Below are positions 22,262 to 37,200 of a stretch of 64,000 nt of DNA, piece by piece. Made by a program: the position numbers and the translations under genes. The notes under the pieces are model-generated. The model had not been told where the DNA came from. It was given only the letters and a program-made list of their open reading frames with translations, and ran no database searches. Positions within the stretch are counted from its first letter, which is position 1; the number at the start of each line of letters is the position of its first letter. This DNA is from Fimbriosthenelais zetlandica (lineage: Eukaryota), in assembly GCA_977030845.1 (NCBI GenBank), contig OZ365116.1:22382001-22446000 (forward strand), in the 5' to 3' direction.

Positions 22262-25200
22262 CTGAAAGTAAGACAATGTCATGTTATTCATCATTCATCA
22301 GGAGCCTGTTTGACCAATGCTTAAGTGATTTCAGTGTTTGTCATCTATTTGGGAATGCAACGGTGGATCCAGGGAGTCATTCCCATGGACTCTGGCTCAG
22401 GGATGGGCTATTAGTTGGTCCATAAAGTCTTAATAAAGATGGTCTCAATACCTCTCAAACCCAAAGCATAAAGCACAGAGGTGGACAGGTATATATACTC
22501 CATGAGGTTGTATAAGTATTTTGAACACAATAGTTTAGTGAGGAGTATAGGATCACTGGTTTGAGTGACTCACCTGCTGTGTACTATATGGCAGCACTGT
22601 AGCGCCTCCAGGTGGTCAGCTTTGTCTCCTGTAGGTTTACCACACACACCACATATAAGATCCATGTCTGCCAGTAGACGGCGGGCCTGCTTACCACACT
22701 CCTCCACGTTACCCTGGTCTCCTAGTGATCTGTACAGCTCCTGCATCCTCAGATGGCATCTCAGCTGGTGCATCTATAGGAGCACCAAAAGGCAAAGCTT
22801 ACAGATCTAATCACCTCCCCAATGGTTACAGGACTGGCGAATATTGCCTTAAAGTAGAGACCGTTACCCTTAATATAATCATTCTTATACCAGAATCCCA
22901 GCTCAACATGGCCATATTTGACCCATCACATTTTTATGTTTTATAAATGATCAAATCCCCTTTGCCACTGTTCTCCTTGAAGCTTGTCTATATGAGAGGT
23001 TAGCTAGGTGCAGAAGGCGATATTGTGTAAAATTGTATTACAGCATGTAAGGACCAGTCACTGATAATTTAGTGTCGAGTCGAGGTTCTATAAAAACTGA
23101 ACTTTACTGGCATCCTTTCAAGAGCAATTTGGATCTTATCCCTTTACTGCCCAAAGAGGCAATATGCCTGACTTAGAGGGGTATCTTATTTGTTCTCGTG
23201 AAGTGCACTGGCATATATGAGAACATAATGACATAAAGTAGCTCTCAGCTGCTCATAGATTTGATTAAACACCCCCCACGTTACTCTTCCTGAGCATGTT
23301 GTCAAAGAGCAGAGAAACCTCACATGATCATAATCTGTAGAGAATGAGATTTTTATGGTATCTGAAGTTAGGGACATGTAATGTCGATAGAAATATTTTT
23401 TTTAAATGAATAAAGTGTCAGTCTATATGAGGAGAAACTTGTATGTGAATGGTATGGAGATATGATGTTTTTACCTTGTTACCGATACTCCTAGAAAGGT
23501 CCATTGCCTTGGAGTTGTACTCCAGCGCCTGGAAATATGATAGATCGATTATTGCTCACCAGACTGCGCTTCGCTCGGTACGTCTGGCACACACACATAT
23601 CTGGTACATGTACGGCAGGTCGTCTAATATCAGACTAGTACAGTGTTCCCAGTGGTCAGGAAAAACAATATTTCTTTAAGGTCAGGAAATACTTAGGACA
23701 TTTTAGAAAGAGGAATGTCGAGACATTTTGGTTAAAGTAGGAATGGCCACGAAAAATATGATAGAATTGACTCGGAGGATCTTTATCTGGAATAGTTTCT
23801 CGAGGTACTTATTTATTGTCCTATCTTCTGCAACCTTTTCTTCTTGGAATGAGCATAACACTTGAAGAGTTCCCCAGTTAAAATTCAATAACAATCTTAG
23901 ATTGGGAGAAATCTGAATGCAATAGAGTTTGTATGTTCATCGATCTAACCAAAGACATGGAAGAATACTTTACCTTACACTCACACACTTTTGCCAGTTG
24001 TTTCATGAGAGTCATAGTTTTTGACATGCCGGCCAGTACATCTATTTGACCATAACGATCTCCAATTTCCACCATGATGTTCATGGCAGCCTCATAGCGT
24101 GTGAAAGCCCTCTGTCAAAAGAATGCATGCATAAAACACTAGGTTAAGACCAGATGCTTGATGTGACTAATAAATATGACTGTCTGATATCTCAGTACAG
24201 AGAAATCCATTTCTAAATATGATTTACCCCAGATAAGATTTATCCAAGATTTTGGATTTGCCAAACAGAATGAAGTGTATAGTTCTGGTCATTTCCACTA
24301 GTGGTCGCCTTTGTACATAGCAGAGTTAGCGAGCAGGGATAGCTGACTTCTGATTGGTCAGAGTTGATCACTGAAAACGTCACTTCCTGGTGCAGTTTTT
24401 TTAAAAATGGCGGCCATATTTAGATGGGCACCAAATTCTAAACAGAATACAGTTCTGGTCCAAGACTACAAATGAAGTCCCATTTCATATAAGGGCTTCA
24501 AAGATGAGACAACATACATGACCCTATAATCACTTAATGACTTCACAAAACTTACCTGAATGTCATTTCGTCGCCTGTGTATGTCAGCAAAACAGCAAAG
24601 GCACTTGGCCTGCATGGCTCGATCATTTTCTGCTATGGCCATTTTTAAGGCATCCTAAAAAAATAGACAGTTAAATCAGTCTTGGCATGTGTTGGTTTCG
24701 CTTAAAGGCAAGGATTCTTCTTGCTGAATTTTTGAAAATTTCTGAAGGCCAGGATGAAAGGTTAATTATTGACTGGGACGGAAGCTGCAGGGTGACATGT
24801 AATATCGGGATAATTGGCCTAGTTTTAATGAGCAGAAGCTTGTATTGATTAGAACTAATTCCAACTTCTACAGTCAGAGTGGGAAGGACAGAAAGGTCAC
24901 CAGCATCCCTTGACTTTTGCGTGAGCAGCTCCTCTATATGCTTCCCCTTTCCTCACTTATATGTCCACTAGTCTGGGATATACCCTGTCAAGAATTCTTA
25001 GTGTTATACTTTTTATAAATAATTAATAATTGCCCTCCCCCTTTTGTCATTCATTAGTGATAGAAATGGCGTTTAATTTTGCAAGTGCCCCCTCATCTTC
25101 TTTGCCCAATAAGCCCTCAAGCCCTGCGGCCCCTACTTGTGACCCATGTCCAAACAGTGGCTAGTTGAGCAAATTGGGATGGAGGCAGAGGGCAAGACGT

Positions 25201-28200
25201 GATGAATGACTAGTTTGACCACACCAGACAAGTGTAGCTTCCCCCTCGCCGGAAGTCAGCAACCTTCTACTGTCACGTGATGAAGGATACATCATGTGAC
25301 ACATGGTCGGACAATAGGCCCCCCCCCCTCCCGCCTCCCACTCCTCTCCACTAGAACTCTTAAAGTTCCTCTTGCTACTGAATCAACTTCAGTCTAGGGA
25401 AAATGTAAAAACCTGGTTTACCAGACACGTGCTTCCTGAATGAGCGGAGGGGGGCAGTAAACGTGATGCTGTATAAAAGCTCCCCTACTGCTCCCTTCTC
25501 CAGCTCTGGGTGTGCAGGCTATAAGAAAAGTATTCCAAAGGAATTGCGACTAATTGATGGTCTATTAAATACTTGAAAATGAATTTCTTTCAAGTTAAAA
25601 CGGTTAGGATAGGGTGGATGAAAACTGCAAGGTTCTGATGGCCCATAATGTCTGAGATGGAAATGCAATTCCCTTCAACATCTGACTGACTGTGAAGAGC
25701 CGAATATCTATACTCTTCATTTGGTATAGGGCATCTTTCAGATGTATGCCTTCAGCATTGTGATCAGTATCACGCATTCTATTATAATGGAGACCTCCCT
25801 TGACATTCCTTCAGCCTTTTGAGTCACTCCCCAACTCTTCTCCTGAGCAGCTCAGCAAACAAGGGAAACACAGCAATATCAGCGTGAAATATTGTGATTG
25901 CCTTTGAAATTGAGCACCGCGTTTGCGGGTCAGTGGGAAGGTGGCCTAGCGGGCCATCCCTTGATGAAGACGGATGGGGGTAGAGAGTTTGCCAGCCTAC
26001 AAGGCCAGATAGTGGAGCGGAGCAAGTAAAGCAGTGGCAAAAACACATCCATGCCAGCCATATTGCCAAATATCCTGACAGATTGCAGTCTCCCATCTCT
26101 GGGGAACGCTGTCGATGCATAAGGCTGTTAGGCGCAGCGAGGCGCTTCCATTGTTTTTATACAGAATGGTACTCTGAGGTCCAGCTATGGCAGATACCGG
26201 TTATTCCTAATGAGACGATTCCTCCCCTTTACAGGCCAGGGCCTCACTCCTCTGGGGAACATGAATCAGATTTGTAGGTGCGATGGGTACGCGGGACATG
26301 GCACAGAGGCCTATAGTATTCAGGCCGGACATGGACCTCCCGTATCCATCAATGAGCATGACATTGTACTGGCACGATATGCAGGCTCCAGAACCCAATC
26401 AAATCATTGATTTCATGTTGTGTGAGGCACATACATAACACTCCGAGTACACATTTGTGGCTATTTCTATCGGAATAACTTTTGAATATTCATAGAAGCC
26501 CCTCACCATTGTGTAGGTTACCCTAGGGCTTTTAGCTTCCTCAACAGATTGCGCTACCCTGTACGATAATTGAATTTTTCAGAGGACAGCTTAAGAGTGA
26601 TCTCGCGCCATTATTAACAAATTGAAAGCTGGTCGTATGTACAATGATTTTATAATTAAAGTGCACACTATGACCCACTTTTCTACTTCAATGGGGCAAA
26701 CCATACTCATTATGAAGCTATTCAAAGAGCTGCATTAAGAATCCTGAAAAATAATGGAAAATCCCATTAACTGTGCTCAGTTCATACAGTAATGCTGTAC
26801 ACTATAAAGCCTAATCTCATCGAAGCTTTAGCTTTTCTTTTTATCCATCATGAGGCCCACTTTCTTTAAGCCCAGACTCTGGGTAATTGAGTTCGCAGAG
26901 CTAGGACATAATTCCACACAGATAAACCCTGGATTTTTTTTCTCCCGGCTGGGTTGACTTAAAATCAATGAACTATGTTTAACTATGGTAGAGCCCCGAC
27001 AGACAGCCTAACCCTTGGAGTCCAACGCTGATAGCATTCGGTGATAAACGACCATCGCCAAGTCAAAGAGCTATTTTAATCGAACTAAGGATGTTAGAGG
27101 CGCTTTGTATTTCATTTTCGTGCCCCATGATCGATAACTGAGTAGTAAACTACTCCTACCTACTTCAAACTGCCAAAGTAAAGGATGAAAGGACAACTTT
27201 AAAATGAATTAGACTCAGCATATGGCTAGTGTTAAAATGCACCAGAGGTGTAGAATGGAAGATTGAATGATCAGGATGGATAGCTCAAAAGCTAGTGGTG
27301 AAGTATTCATATGTTTCTCTTGGCATGTTACCCATTACATTGTACTTTCAATGTCTTGTTGAGGAACATCAAAAAATCTCCTCCCACGGCACAACTTGGG
27401 GACGAAGCTTGTTGTGCCTTCTAGCTCTGGCAGACTGTCCGCCCTTCACAAAGTCCCTCCCAAACTTCTGAAGCCTCTCCTTGGCAGTGCTTTCAGGAAT
27501 ACGGCAAGTGCAGATTGGATTCTTACAATGGACAAAGCAGCTTTCCTGTTGACAGTGCTGCGTGGTAGTTTCACTTTGCGCCACCATTTTTCGCGCCGAT
27601 GACCTCCGGATAAACCCAACCAGGTCGAAGTACTGATACGAGCCCCACGTAAAAATGGCTTCATGCATGGCAACGGCTCAACTCAATGGAATTTGTCCTC
27701 TTCAGCTTTTAATGGAATACTGTAGACCCTCGTGTTGGAGAGGTTGAAGGAGGAAGAGGGTAGGAGATTCGTGTTTGCACAAACCATTGTAATATATTCA
27801 AAGTCAAACTGCCTATCTATTGCCATTCTGAATGGCCTTTTTCCTGCAAACTTTGCCCATAGAGGGTCCCCAAGGGTTTGTGTGGAGAGCACAGTAAATA
27901 TCTTTTACCAAGAATGGGTTGCCTGATGCTAAAAAAGGTCATTGCCAACCGGTGAAAAACACACAGTGCAGGCATTCTCTGGGCTTTAAGCATTCTTTTA
28001 ATTACTTCAAGCCAAACTTTCCCCACAAGTTTTTTAGGCTTTGTTATCTATCTTTAGTGTGCAAGCAAGGAATGGAGATGTTTCAAAAAGCTTGGCAAAG
28101 AATGCAAGAACACAATCATTTTTTAATCGCTTCTAGTGCCAGCCCTTGACTCAAAACCTCCTGTGTGCTCTAAGCTTTGGGTCTCCGTCTCAAAAGAAAA

Positions 28201-31200
28201 GTAGGCTTCAGGAAATCTTAAAAAAGACTTGAAGAGAGAAGTGTGAGGATTTTCATCTTAAGTACTGGGTAACGATTTTCCAAAGGATTTAGAATCAATG
28301 CTGGAAAGGAAACGCAAAAGCGGTTCAGATTTTTGGTTGACCCAAATATAAAAACATCATGAACTTCTGCTCTTGAATTTGCTCAAAGGCAATCTTGTGT
28401 CATTTATTTCCATTTCATATAAGAGTAGCTTAGTGTCTCTCGGCCTCCCCAGTTATCTCTCTCACCGGATTCTATGAATGATGCTTCACCCAGCTTAGCC
28501 TGTGGAAAATGTCTCTGCCAAAGAGGCGGGAAACAATGTGGTGTCAGGTCATTCCAATTAGGCAGCATTGACCTTTGTTGCAGACAGGTGCTTTTCATAT
28601 GAGTCTGCCAGCCAGGCGCCTCAGCCAATGACTGCAGCAGTGTTCCACGTACAGGAAGAGACAGTGTCCCCAGGACCATTCCCAATCCATCCCCAACTCC
28701 CCATCAAAGCCCTTTCTTCCTTTTCTGGGTTGCAGCCCCGTATTTGCCTAATTGAATCGTTTCATTGGGTCCCGAGGCAAAGCAATTGATCTCTGCTGTC
28801 CATCATACAGAACCAAAACCGGAAATCACTTGTCAGTAGGGCGATTCAATGACATAAAGGGGGCGTCTCTCAAGGAGATGGCTGAATACTGCCCAGGGAT
28901 GAGGTTTGGATAATGGTAACTTGCCCTCACATGAGAGGCACCTCGTGGCTTTGTACGCGTCTCGATCGGCGTAATGAACTTATTTCTTATCAAAGGTGAC
29001 AGGAAGGTTCCCGGATGAAGGTCCCTGCCTTGAAGGCCTGGTTTCATTCAAGGTCGTGAATCCTTCCATATACCAGAAATCATTATCTGTTATCACGTAA
29101 GGTAGTCCAGCCATGCCTCGTATTTTAGATATAAAGATGGACTAACATAGATCTAATTGAACATGGATCTATGATTAGTTGTATGCAGGTCCTGTCATGA
29201 AGTATATAGAGACATTCCAGGCATTTCATTGTTGTTTTAGGACAGCAATTGAGCCTTGAGGCAACTAGCGTTCCTTTCATGACTCCTTTATACATTATTT
29301 TCTAAAGGAAGTGCATCTAAAGCATATATGAGGACTCCCTCTCAGAATTGGAAAGAGTTCAGAGAGCGCTGTCGAGAAAATAGAGAGAATAAATGAGAGA
29401 GTAAACAGCCAAATAGATACAGCATAGAGAGAATCTTCAGCCCCTCCATACGCCCAATGGCCAACTAACTGACCCTCCACATCTCAGTATATGACAAGAC
29501 TATTATCCTTATATATCCCCTATATATGATAAAACTCAACATATATCCTCAGCGGAAATGTTCCCCGGCGGGTACCAACTTTTCCCTGGTATGCCAGCTT
29601 GGCATTTTATTGTATCATACACAACAGGGCCGTATGACAATTTGATGCCCCCACGTCGAGCGTTTTCAGCAAGCGGCGTAAATTAGGACTTTTATGACCT
29701 AAGGATTGGAAATAAACATGTCGACTCAAATCTCTTTATTACTGAAAGAAGGCATGAGTGGAAATAACATATTCTCCTCTCAATTCACTATCTTTATGGC
29801 ACAGCTCCATTTTTTTTGCGTTCACCAGATCTCGCTTGATGTCTTACTTTGGGTAACTATTTTTCCACTGACTTTGTCATGAATGCCTGTTTTTATACTG
29901 TTGATTAGAAATTTGAACTTGTGGTCTTAGTTTAGACTGATATTGATGTAAATCACATGTCTAGAATAACATTGCCCTGTCAGAAACTGTTGACTTGCCT
30001 GCAGTCGCTCATGACTGGCAGTTGTGACTGGTCACGCAACTAAGCCGCAATTGCTCGCCTTTACCGCCATTCACTGATGGTGGAAGCATGGCTGGGGTTA
30101 TGGGTGGTCAATTATATGTGGCTCCATAAGGGCAAGATATACCATTCATGAAACATGGTCAGTGCCTCAGGTGGTGCTCAATTATAGTGGTCTTTGTATG
30201 GCAAAGCGATACCCTTTATCAAAGTATGCCCAGGAATCTTAATGCCAGTATCCAGAACGTTTATGTGCCTATAGAAAATAGAAGCTTGAGGAAAATATTG
30301 GCAATAAATTGATGAATAGGCAAGGATTGGTATTGGTTCTATCCATGAAAAAGCCTGCCGTACATGGTATTGTACTTGAGCATGGCATGTCCCTTGTAAT
30401 AAAGTTGTGTATATATCATGCTCGAAATGCATCCATGGAATTTAACATGGCTGTTGTCAGTAATAAGACTATATCCTTGTGCGTAAATATCTTCTCCGCT
30501 TTTATTATGCATTTCATTTACATGTGACTGCTGAATGAGAATTTTATGTCCAACAGTAAAATTTTAGTTATGAGCAAGTCCTAGTACTTTCACAATCCGC
30601 AAGCCAGCATCCCTGCACACTTGTTAAAAAGATTTATCTCTTGGTTGAAGTTTCAATAATGTATTCATGAATTGTCTTGTCGGATATGGGGGACGAGATA
30701 ATGAAGCGGACCTTTTCTAATTTCAGGCGGGGTCCAGGCGGGGTATCTGAGCCATACACATCATGTGAGCCAAATAAAAAATTCACTAACGGTAGTTGAC
30801 TTTGAGGGGGACGAAATCAAGTATCTGATCTATGGTGGAACATTGTCAGTAAAGATCATTAGATGCTAATATCCCTCCCTCCATTATCCCCAGCCTCATC
30901 TTACTTCTGAAAGCCATATATTTAGAATCTCACGCTGCCCTTCTAACATCCATGGCAATCTCCGAACCGAGCTTTTGAAATACAATCCAGAATACATTTT
31001 GAATGGCTTGTCCTTAGGCATTGAATTGATCTTTTGGTCAGCCTCACTCATGTCATAGAATGTGTGCATTATGATAAAACCCCAATCCATTCATGATCGT
31101 CATATAATTTTCCCATATTTTGAACCTCAGATTTATGAGATGAATCAGCTTATGTACTGCCTGAGTTCCTCCATTCCTCCATCATTTTGAAGTAGTGAAC

Positions 31201-34200
31201 ATACATGTCATGCTGGTACTTGGTATGCAGAATGTAAATGTATGTAAATGATTTTCACGAGGACTCATGAAGGCTAGACTTGATGTTCTTTCCATGCATT
31301 AGTTCAGAGCATGGTATTAGTAAATATTGCTTCGTTCATAGAAATGCAATTCAACATTTTCTCTTGCCAGACACGCCAGATAATGTTTGGAATGCTGGAG
31401 CTTCAATATGATTGCATGACATGGAGTAAAATATGGCAATCAGTCCAGCTTAATGCTTAAAAAAGAGAGAAACCCATTCCAGTATAAAAGCTTGGAAAGT
31501 CCTAAATTGCCTTGTGAATCGTTGTAAATGTCAGAGTAAGAATGAGAGAGTTTAAAATGTGAGGAGACACAGTAATCCAGGGGAGGTTTTATGGTCGGGG
31601 ATGGCTGATGGATGGTAGAGCCTTAATCCAGGCATGCTATCTTTGATGGGTATGTTGATGGTAGCAGAGTGTATGTTGGGGATCACTGTATATGTGTGTG
31701 GCAAATCTGGGCTGCTGCCTCCAAAGGGTGTTTGGAGGGTGTATGGGTTGGGTGCCTACATTATTTGTGTTGTGGATGAAGGTAAATACAGCCCATTCTA
31801 GATCGACTATTGCTACATGACCGACAAGCACCATACTCCTATTGAACAATGATATTTTCAGCGAGATACCACCAACTATATAGTGACCATCACATCTCAA
31901 AATGGACTGAAATATATTTGAAACTCCTACTAAATTGTTTCTGTGTTTAAAGGGAACCAAATGGTTCTTTTTTCGCTGAAATACGGTAGAATGAAGCAGC
32001 ATTGATCAGAGAGATACTGGTGCTCTCGGTACAGATTTGATCCCTTTACTTACAGACTCAGTCACAAACTCCCTAAGTCCTCAGCTTCTTTGGCAGAAAA
32101 GAAAGAGTTGATAACAAAAGGGAGGTGAATGGGGGAAGATAGTGAGGAGGGAAGGGGGAAGCACCGAGTTTGAGTCAGTATTTGGAGCCTTTGTTAGATC
32201 TAACTGATATCTAAGAACAATTAGAATATCCTATGTACTTCTCTATATACTTCGCTGTATACATTATATTTTAGTATTCTCTTTTAAATGTGATGTCTTT
32301 GCGTCTATAATGTCCATACTATTGGCGGAGACCACCTATACAAAATAGATTTCGGCCTATATCCCTTAGCCGCATGCCTTTCAATGGCCATTGTAACGCC
32401 CCTGTTTCCACTCCATAGTCTCAGAAGTTGTGTATGATATAGCAGTGGTAGACCACTATCAGTATAGCTGTTACACCCGCGTGTTTTTAACACTCTCATC
32501 AATGTCTCATTTATTATTCCCTCTGTTTGCATCCCCTCCCCAGGAAAGCACCATCTCCCTTAACTCCCCTATTCTGCATGCTCAGTCCTGCCTGCCTCTA
32601 TATGATCATATCAGCGCCTTCATCTATGTAGACAGTAGAGCTTCCAATTTATCATTGTGTGCTTCCTTCACAAAGTTGTGAACCAACCTTTACCTACAGT
32701 CCTTCTCCTGAGAATATCAGTTCCAGGTTAAAGCAAAGTTCTGCCACATTTGATGGTGACGATCCAATCGCTTTCAGTATCGCTTTTTATCTCGTCTTAA
32801 GCTTTTTATACATTTATTGCAGCGAGACCACTGAATAACCCTCTCTTGTCCTTTCATAAGCTCTGTTACGAAGTCCTTTCATCCTCTGTCAGGTCAGATA
32901 ATTAAACGATAAAGATTTCATTTGGCAGTCACTGTAATATTGGCTTTTTTGTGAAGGTGACTATAGATAGTGCAGTGTTGAGGGGCTTGGAAGGCTTGCT
33001 GCTCCTGCTGCTTTGTCACGTTGAACAGCTTGTCCTTTAATTAAGATAGCACAGCAGGAAACTTCCAGATGTAGGCCGCCTGGTGATAAGGATCACACTT
33101 GTAAAGCTATCACTCACAATTAAATCCTACATCCCCATCTTTCCTGACTGACACCCGCCTATATATATTCAATGCCAATACTGAAAAAACAAGCCCGCCG
33201 CACGTCACGAGGCCTGTTTTTATCCTTTTTAAATCTTATCTATACCAGTCATTATACGCTTTGTTCACAGGCGTTTTTATCACTTCCTCTCATGTTAGAT
33301 GGCTGAAGCAGGCCTGTAATATATATCACCAAAGGTGGGTGGCATTTACCCATTGATAAGCGTTAAAGCTGCAAATCTATCCAATTGAAGTTTTAAAAAA
33401 TGCTTTGAAAAACACTCTTAGATATTTATAAGGGCAAAAAGTGTTTTGGGAAGTCTAGGAGGCATTGCTGTATTGGCTTAATTTTGAGTCGTTCAGCTTG
33501 AAGAGTTGCCTGTCGGAAATTTTAAGGGCAAACCCTGACCAATAAAGTAAATGGAGTGGAACGCTGCTATAGAGAGGCAGTCATTCTGACTCGGCTACTG
33601 GAACAATTGAAGCATTGAGAACTTTTTGATATAGTTAGTCTGGCATATAATACAAAATATTGAAGAAACTCGAAAGGATCAATGTAGACCTGGAGTATCA
33701 CAGAGATGACTGAGGGCTTTTTCTAGTGTGAATCGACTAAGTCTAAAAGGCTGGAGCAAGGGATAAGCTTAGAGAGGGCGGCATGAGATAACCCTGTGTA
33801 ATGATAGGAACTGGAGAAGGCATGGAGGTATAGATGAGTCTAGATCTCCAGCCTGATGTAGGCAAGCACAGAGCTTCTCAAGCGATCAGGAGACAGGCCC
33901 AGCACTGTTCACTTGGGTGGTCAATGAGGCGAGCATGTGAGGGTCCAGTGATTTGAATTACGCCGACTCACTGCCTTCAACTGCCATATGTTTGAAAAGG
34001 AAAGAGAGAAGCCTCACGAGTACAACTTTATTGTCTTGCACTCAACCCCACCAAAAGGAAAATTGAAGCACGATGGCAATAAATCGATCGGACTTGTGCT
34101 TTAATGACAAGGGAATAAAACATTTGTTGTTAGTGTGATACCACTTGATCCCGCAGGAGGTCGCTATGCTCATTTGGATGATCATGGTTTAAGTCTATTA

Positions 34201-37200
34201 GGCAGCCTCCAGGGGAGAACTTAAAAAGGATTGAAGTGGCCTTACAAAAAATGAGCCAATCGAAATGCTGGGATTGCTGCAGAGCAGGATTGATGCCTAT
34301 GTGGGTTTAATGGATCTGAACAGGCTGATTCGCTGAGTCCTTAAAAAGTGAGCAATTGAAGGCTCCAAACTTAAAATCTACTGTGAGGCTGGCAGTCATG
34401 CTTGGCCTAATAATCCAGCAGGATAATGATGGCCCAACATCCTCAGGCAGAAGGTATGAAAGACCAATTTCATGGCGTCCAGATGAAGTCTTCACTTTTG
34501 TCGTCTGGCCTGAGCTGCCTTTTGGTTTGAAAGTAGCCAAGTGGGATCGCACGATCCAAGCACCGTATCAGAAATCTAGGGATGGCATGCATGTGGGTCG
34601 AAAGAGGCCCATCGACCCAGCCTGACCACGAATACCCGGATTATCAGCAGACGACAGGAAGTCTGAATGTCGTCTGCTGGAAAAGGAAATTTGAAAGAGA
34701 TGCAGTTAGGTAGAAAATAGGGACATTGTGGGAGGAGAATTCTGTCAGAGATAGAGCAGTCAGTCTCAGTGGGAAGAAGGCTTAGCAGATGCTTTGAAAG
34801 TATCATCACATTTCATGGGTCAATCATCATGGAAAATAATAAATATTGAAGACACATTTCTACATGCCCTGATGCACTTATAGGTGAATTCTTTATGGTT
34901 TTGTGCCTCTATGGCCTTTAAGCTCACTTGGTGCCATATAGGCAGCCTGCCTTCAGTGGATACCCGCTGGATATATGGCTAGTTTGATCACTCTCTAGAT
35001 GCCTTTTGGAAGTTAACGACCTGGAAATTGTGATCAAGTTCAGAAGTACTGGTATATAAGAGGAAAGGGCAAGAGAAATCACCGCCGATTGAACAAGATA
35101 CGTCCATGAGGCAGTCTGTGAAAAACAGGTCCCAGCCTCCTCACCACGTTCCAGCACTGAGGGCCTACAAATGTCCCAAGCATTGGTGTTGATAGAGGCC
35201 TGTTGGCTCCCAGTGCATACAAATCACACTGCCCAGCTCCTAATGGTCCTACTGAGACTGTCTGGGTCTGTTTGAATGTGAGAATTGCAATGGAAACACA
35301 GAAATAGCCGCAAATCCCCAGCACGAATGGCCATAGTTGGTACATTAATTCAGACCAAAAGCGTCCCAGTCCCTGGCCTGTGGTCTTTGACTTTTATAGT
35401 CGGGGATTTACATCGTGAACAGCATCCTGAGTGGGTGAGACAATGGTGGATTAGAAGATCAGTAATCAGGGGGTGCACGCAGGCCTCATCTCACTTACAT
35501 GGAGCATTATGTGATACTTATATAACGGTATTTATACACCATCTACATTGTGTAGGCAGGCCTCAGGGCTCTGTCTAAATGATATAGTTGTCTCGTTCTG
35601 TTTCCTATAACATACACTTTTCTATAGATCAGTTGCATGGAAATTAAGATGGTATTGTTTCCTAACTGTCCTCAGCTTCCTGGTACTCTATATACTAACA
35701 TTGTGGTGTAGCAACATAGTGTAGAGTTTAGAATGGGGGATTGCACGGACCTTGCATACACTACTGGTATGCAGCCCTTAATGCGGCCACAGCAATTGCA
35801 CAATTCATCACAGACAAGTAACTCCCGTTAATATAATGAAGTATGATAATGAGAGCAAAAACGAGCAGCAACGAGTAAAGCCCTGATGAATTATTGAAGT
35901 GGAATTAACAAATGCTGCAATGAGTGCCATCCATAGTCCAAGGCAGAGGACATAAAAATATAATGGGACCATATTATGGATTTCTATACAGACACAAAAT
36001 TGTGGCAAAGTAATGGGATAAAAACATCGAACAATGGCCCCATCTGTTGTCTGGTAACTGAACAGTACGATACAAGGCCCGAGTAAAATGGATAATACGT
36101 GTCGTGAGGCCTTGACGGTGCTCGTGTCTCGGTAATCTGGATATGCCACACAGGGTCTGAGCTATTGACGAGCCACTCGATGAGTCCATGCGACCAATAA
36201 GAGCTGTCAGTTAGCGATCACTTGAAAGACGGTGTCTGTAATGCGGCCTTGGCACAGTCAAGTGGTGCGGGTAAAACAGCAGCGTATAGGGGGACATTAG
36301 ATACTTGTATTTACTTTCATCCAACATGCTTTATGGGCCTCAATGTTTACCAATGGTGACCAGAGTGACACAATCAATGAATGCCATTGGTTTAGAGTTT
36401 CATGCTGATGGCTGTAGAATGAGGTGGGTCCTGATTTTAATCAAGGTGATGTCTACATGTATTAGCTATTGGTTGTTTGCCAACTTTCAGATGAATATCT
36501 TAGTGATAGTGCACCCTGACGCTCTACTGCCCTATTCTTGGGTCAGATAGAAACTGTGGCAGGAGATTCATCAGAATTTTGAAAATACTTCTATTATTTG
36601 CTGTGAAATCTGCCAAGCCGTCTATGGCGATAAACCCGTATGTAAAAGCCATGGAAATCTGCCAGGGAGGCCCTGTCATAGAATGTAGGTGGTTTGTATA
36701 TGAAAGAGAATATTTGAATATATATTATATATATGATAACTGTCGACTGTCTCAGACCTTTAAGTCGTCACACCTGCCCTGGCTGAGCTGATATACGGCA
36801 GCAGAATGATTCAGTAAGCTTCATCTGGCCTCACAGTCCAATATCGGCATCCTAACAAGTCTGTCCATACACGGTGAGGACACATTAGTCCGTCTGCTCC
36901 ATTGTCAGCCTCATCCCTGGCCCCCTCTCTCTCTTCTCCTATGACAGTATCTCATAATGATTCGATCCCTGTCCTCAACCGGAGATCGACAGAGTAGATG
37001 AAATGCGGTCAGAGGGAGATATTGAGAAGGGAGACTACAGTGACAACTAGATGCCTGGAGCAGTGATAACCCAGACCTCAGAGAAATCAAAACCAGGAAG
37101 AAGAGACAATCTCTCCTCCTCCCCTTCACTGGCATCCCGGACCAGATCCAAGTGGAGGACAAAATGAAATAGAAGAGATGGAAATTGATCTACTTATCAT

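Noticed and set aside
25800-29100. Cluster of 60-100 aa ORFs as a decayed retroelement or virus
   Set aside because: No RT, RNase H, integrase, recombinase or transposase motifs recognisable in the frames I read; needs tBLASTn to settle
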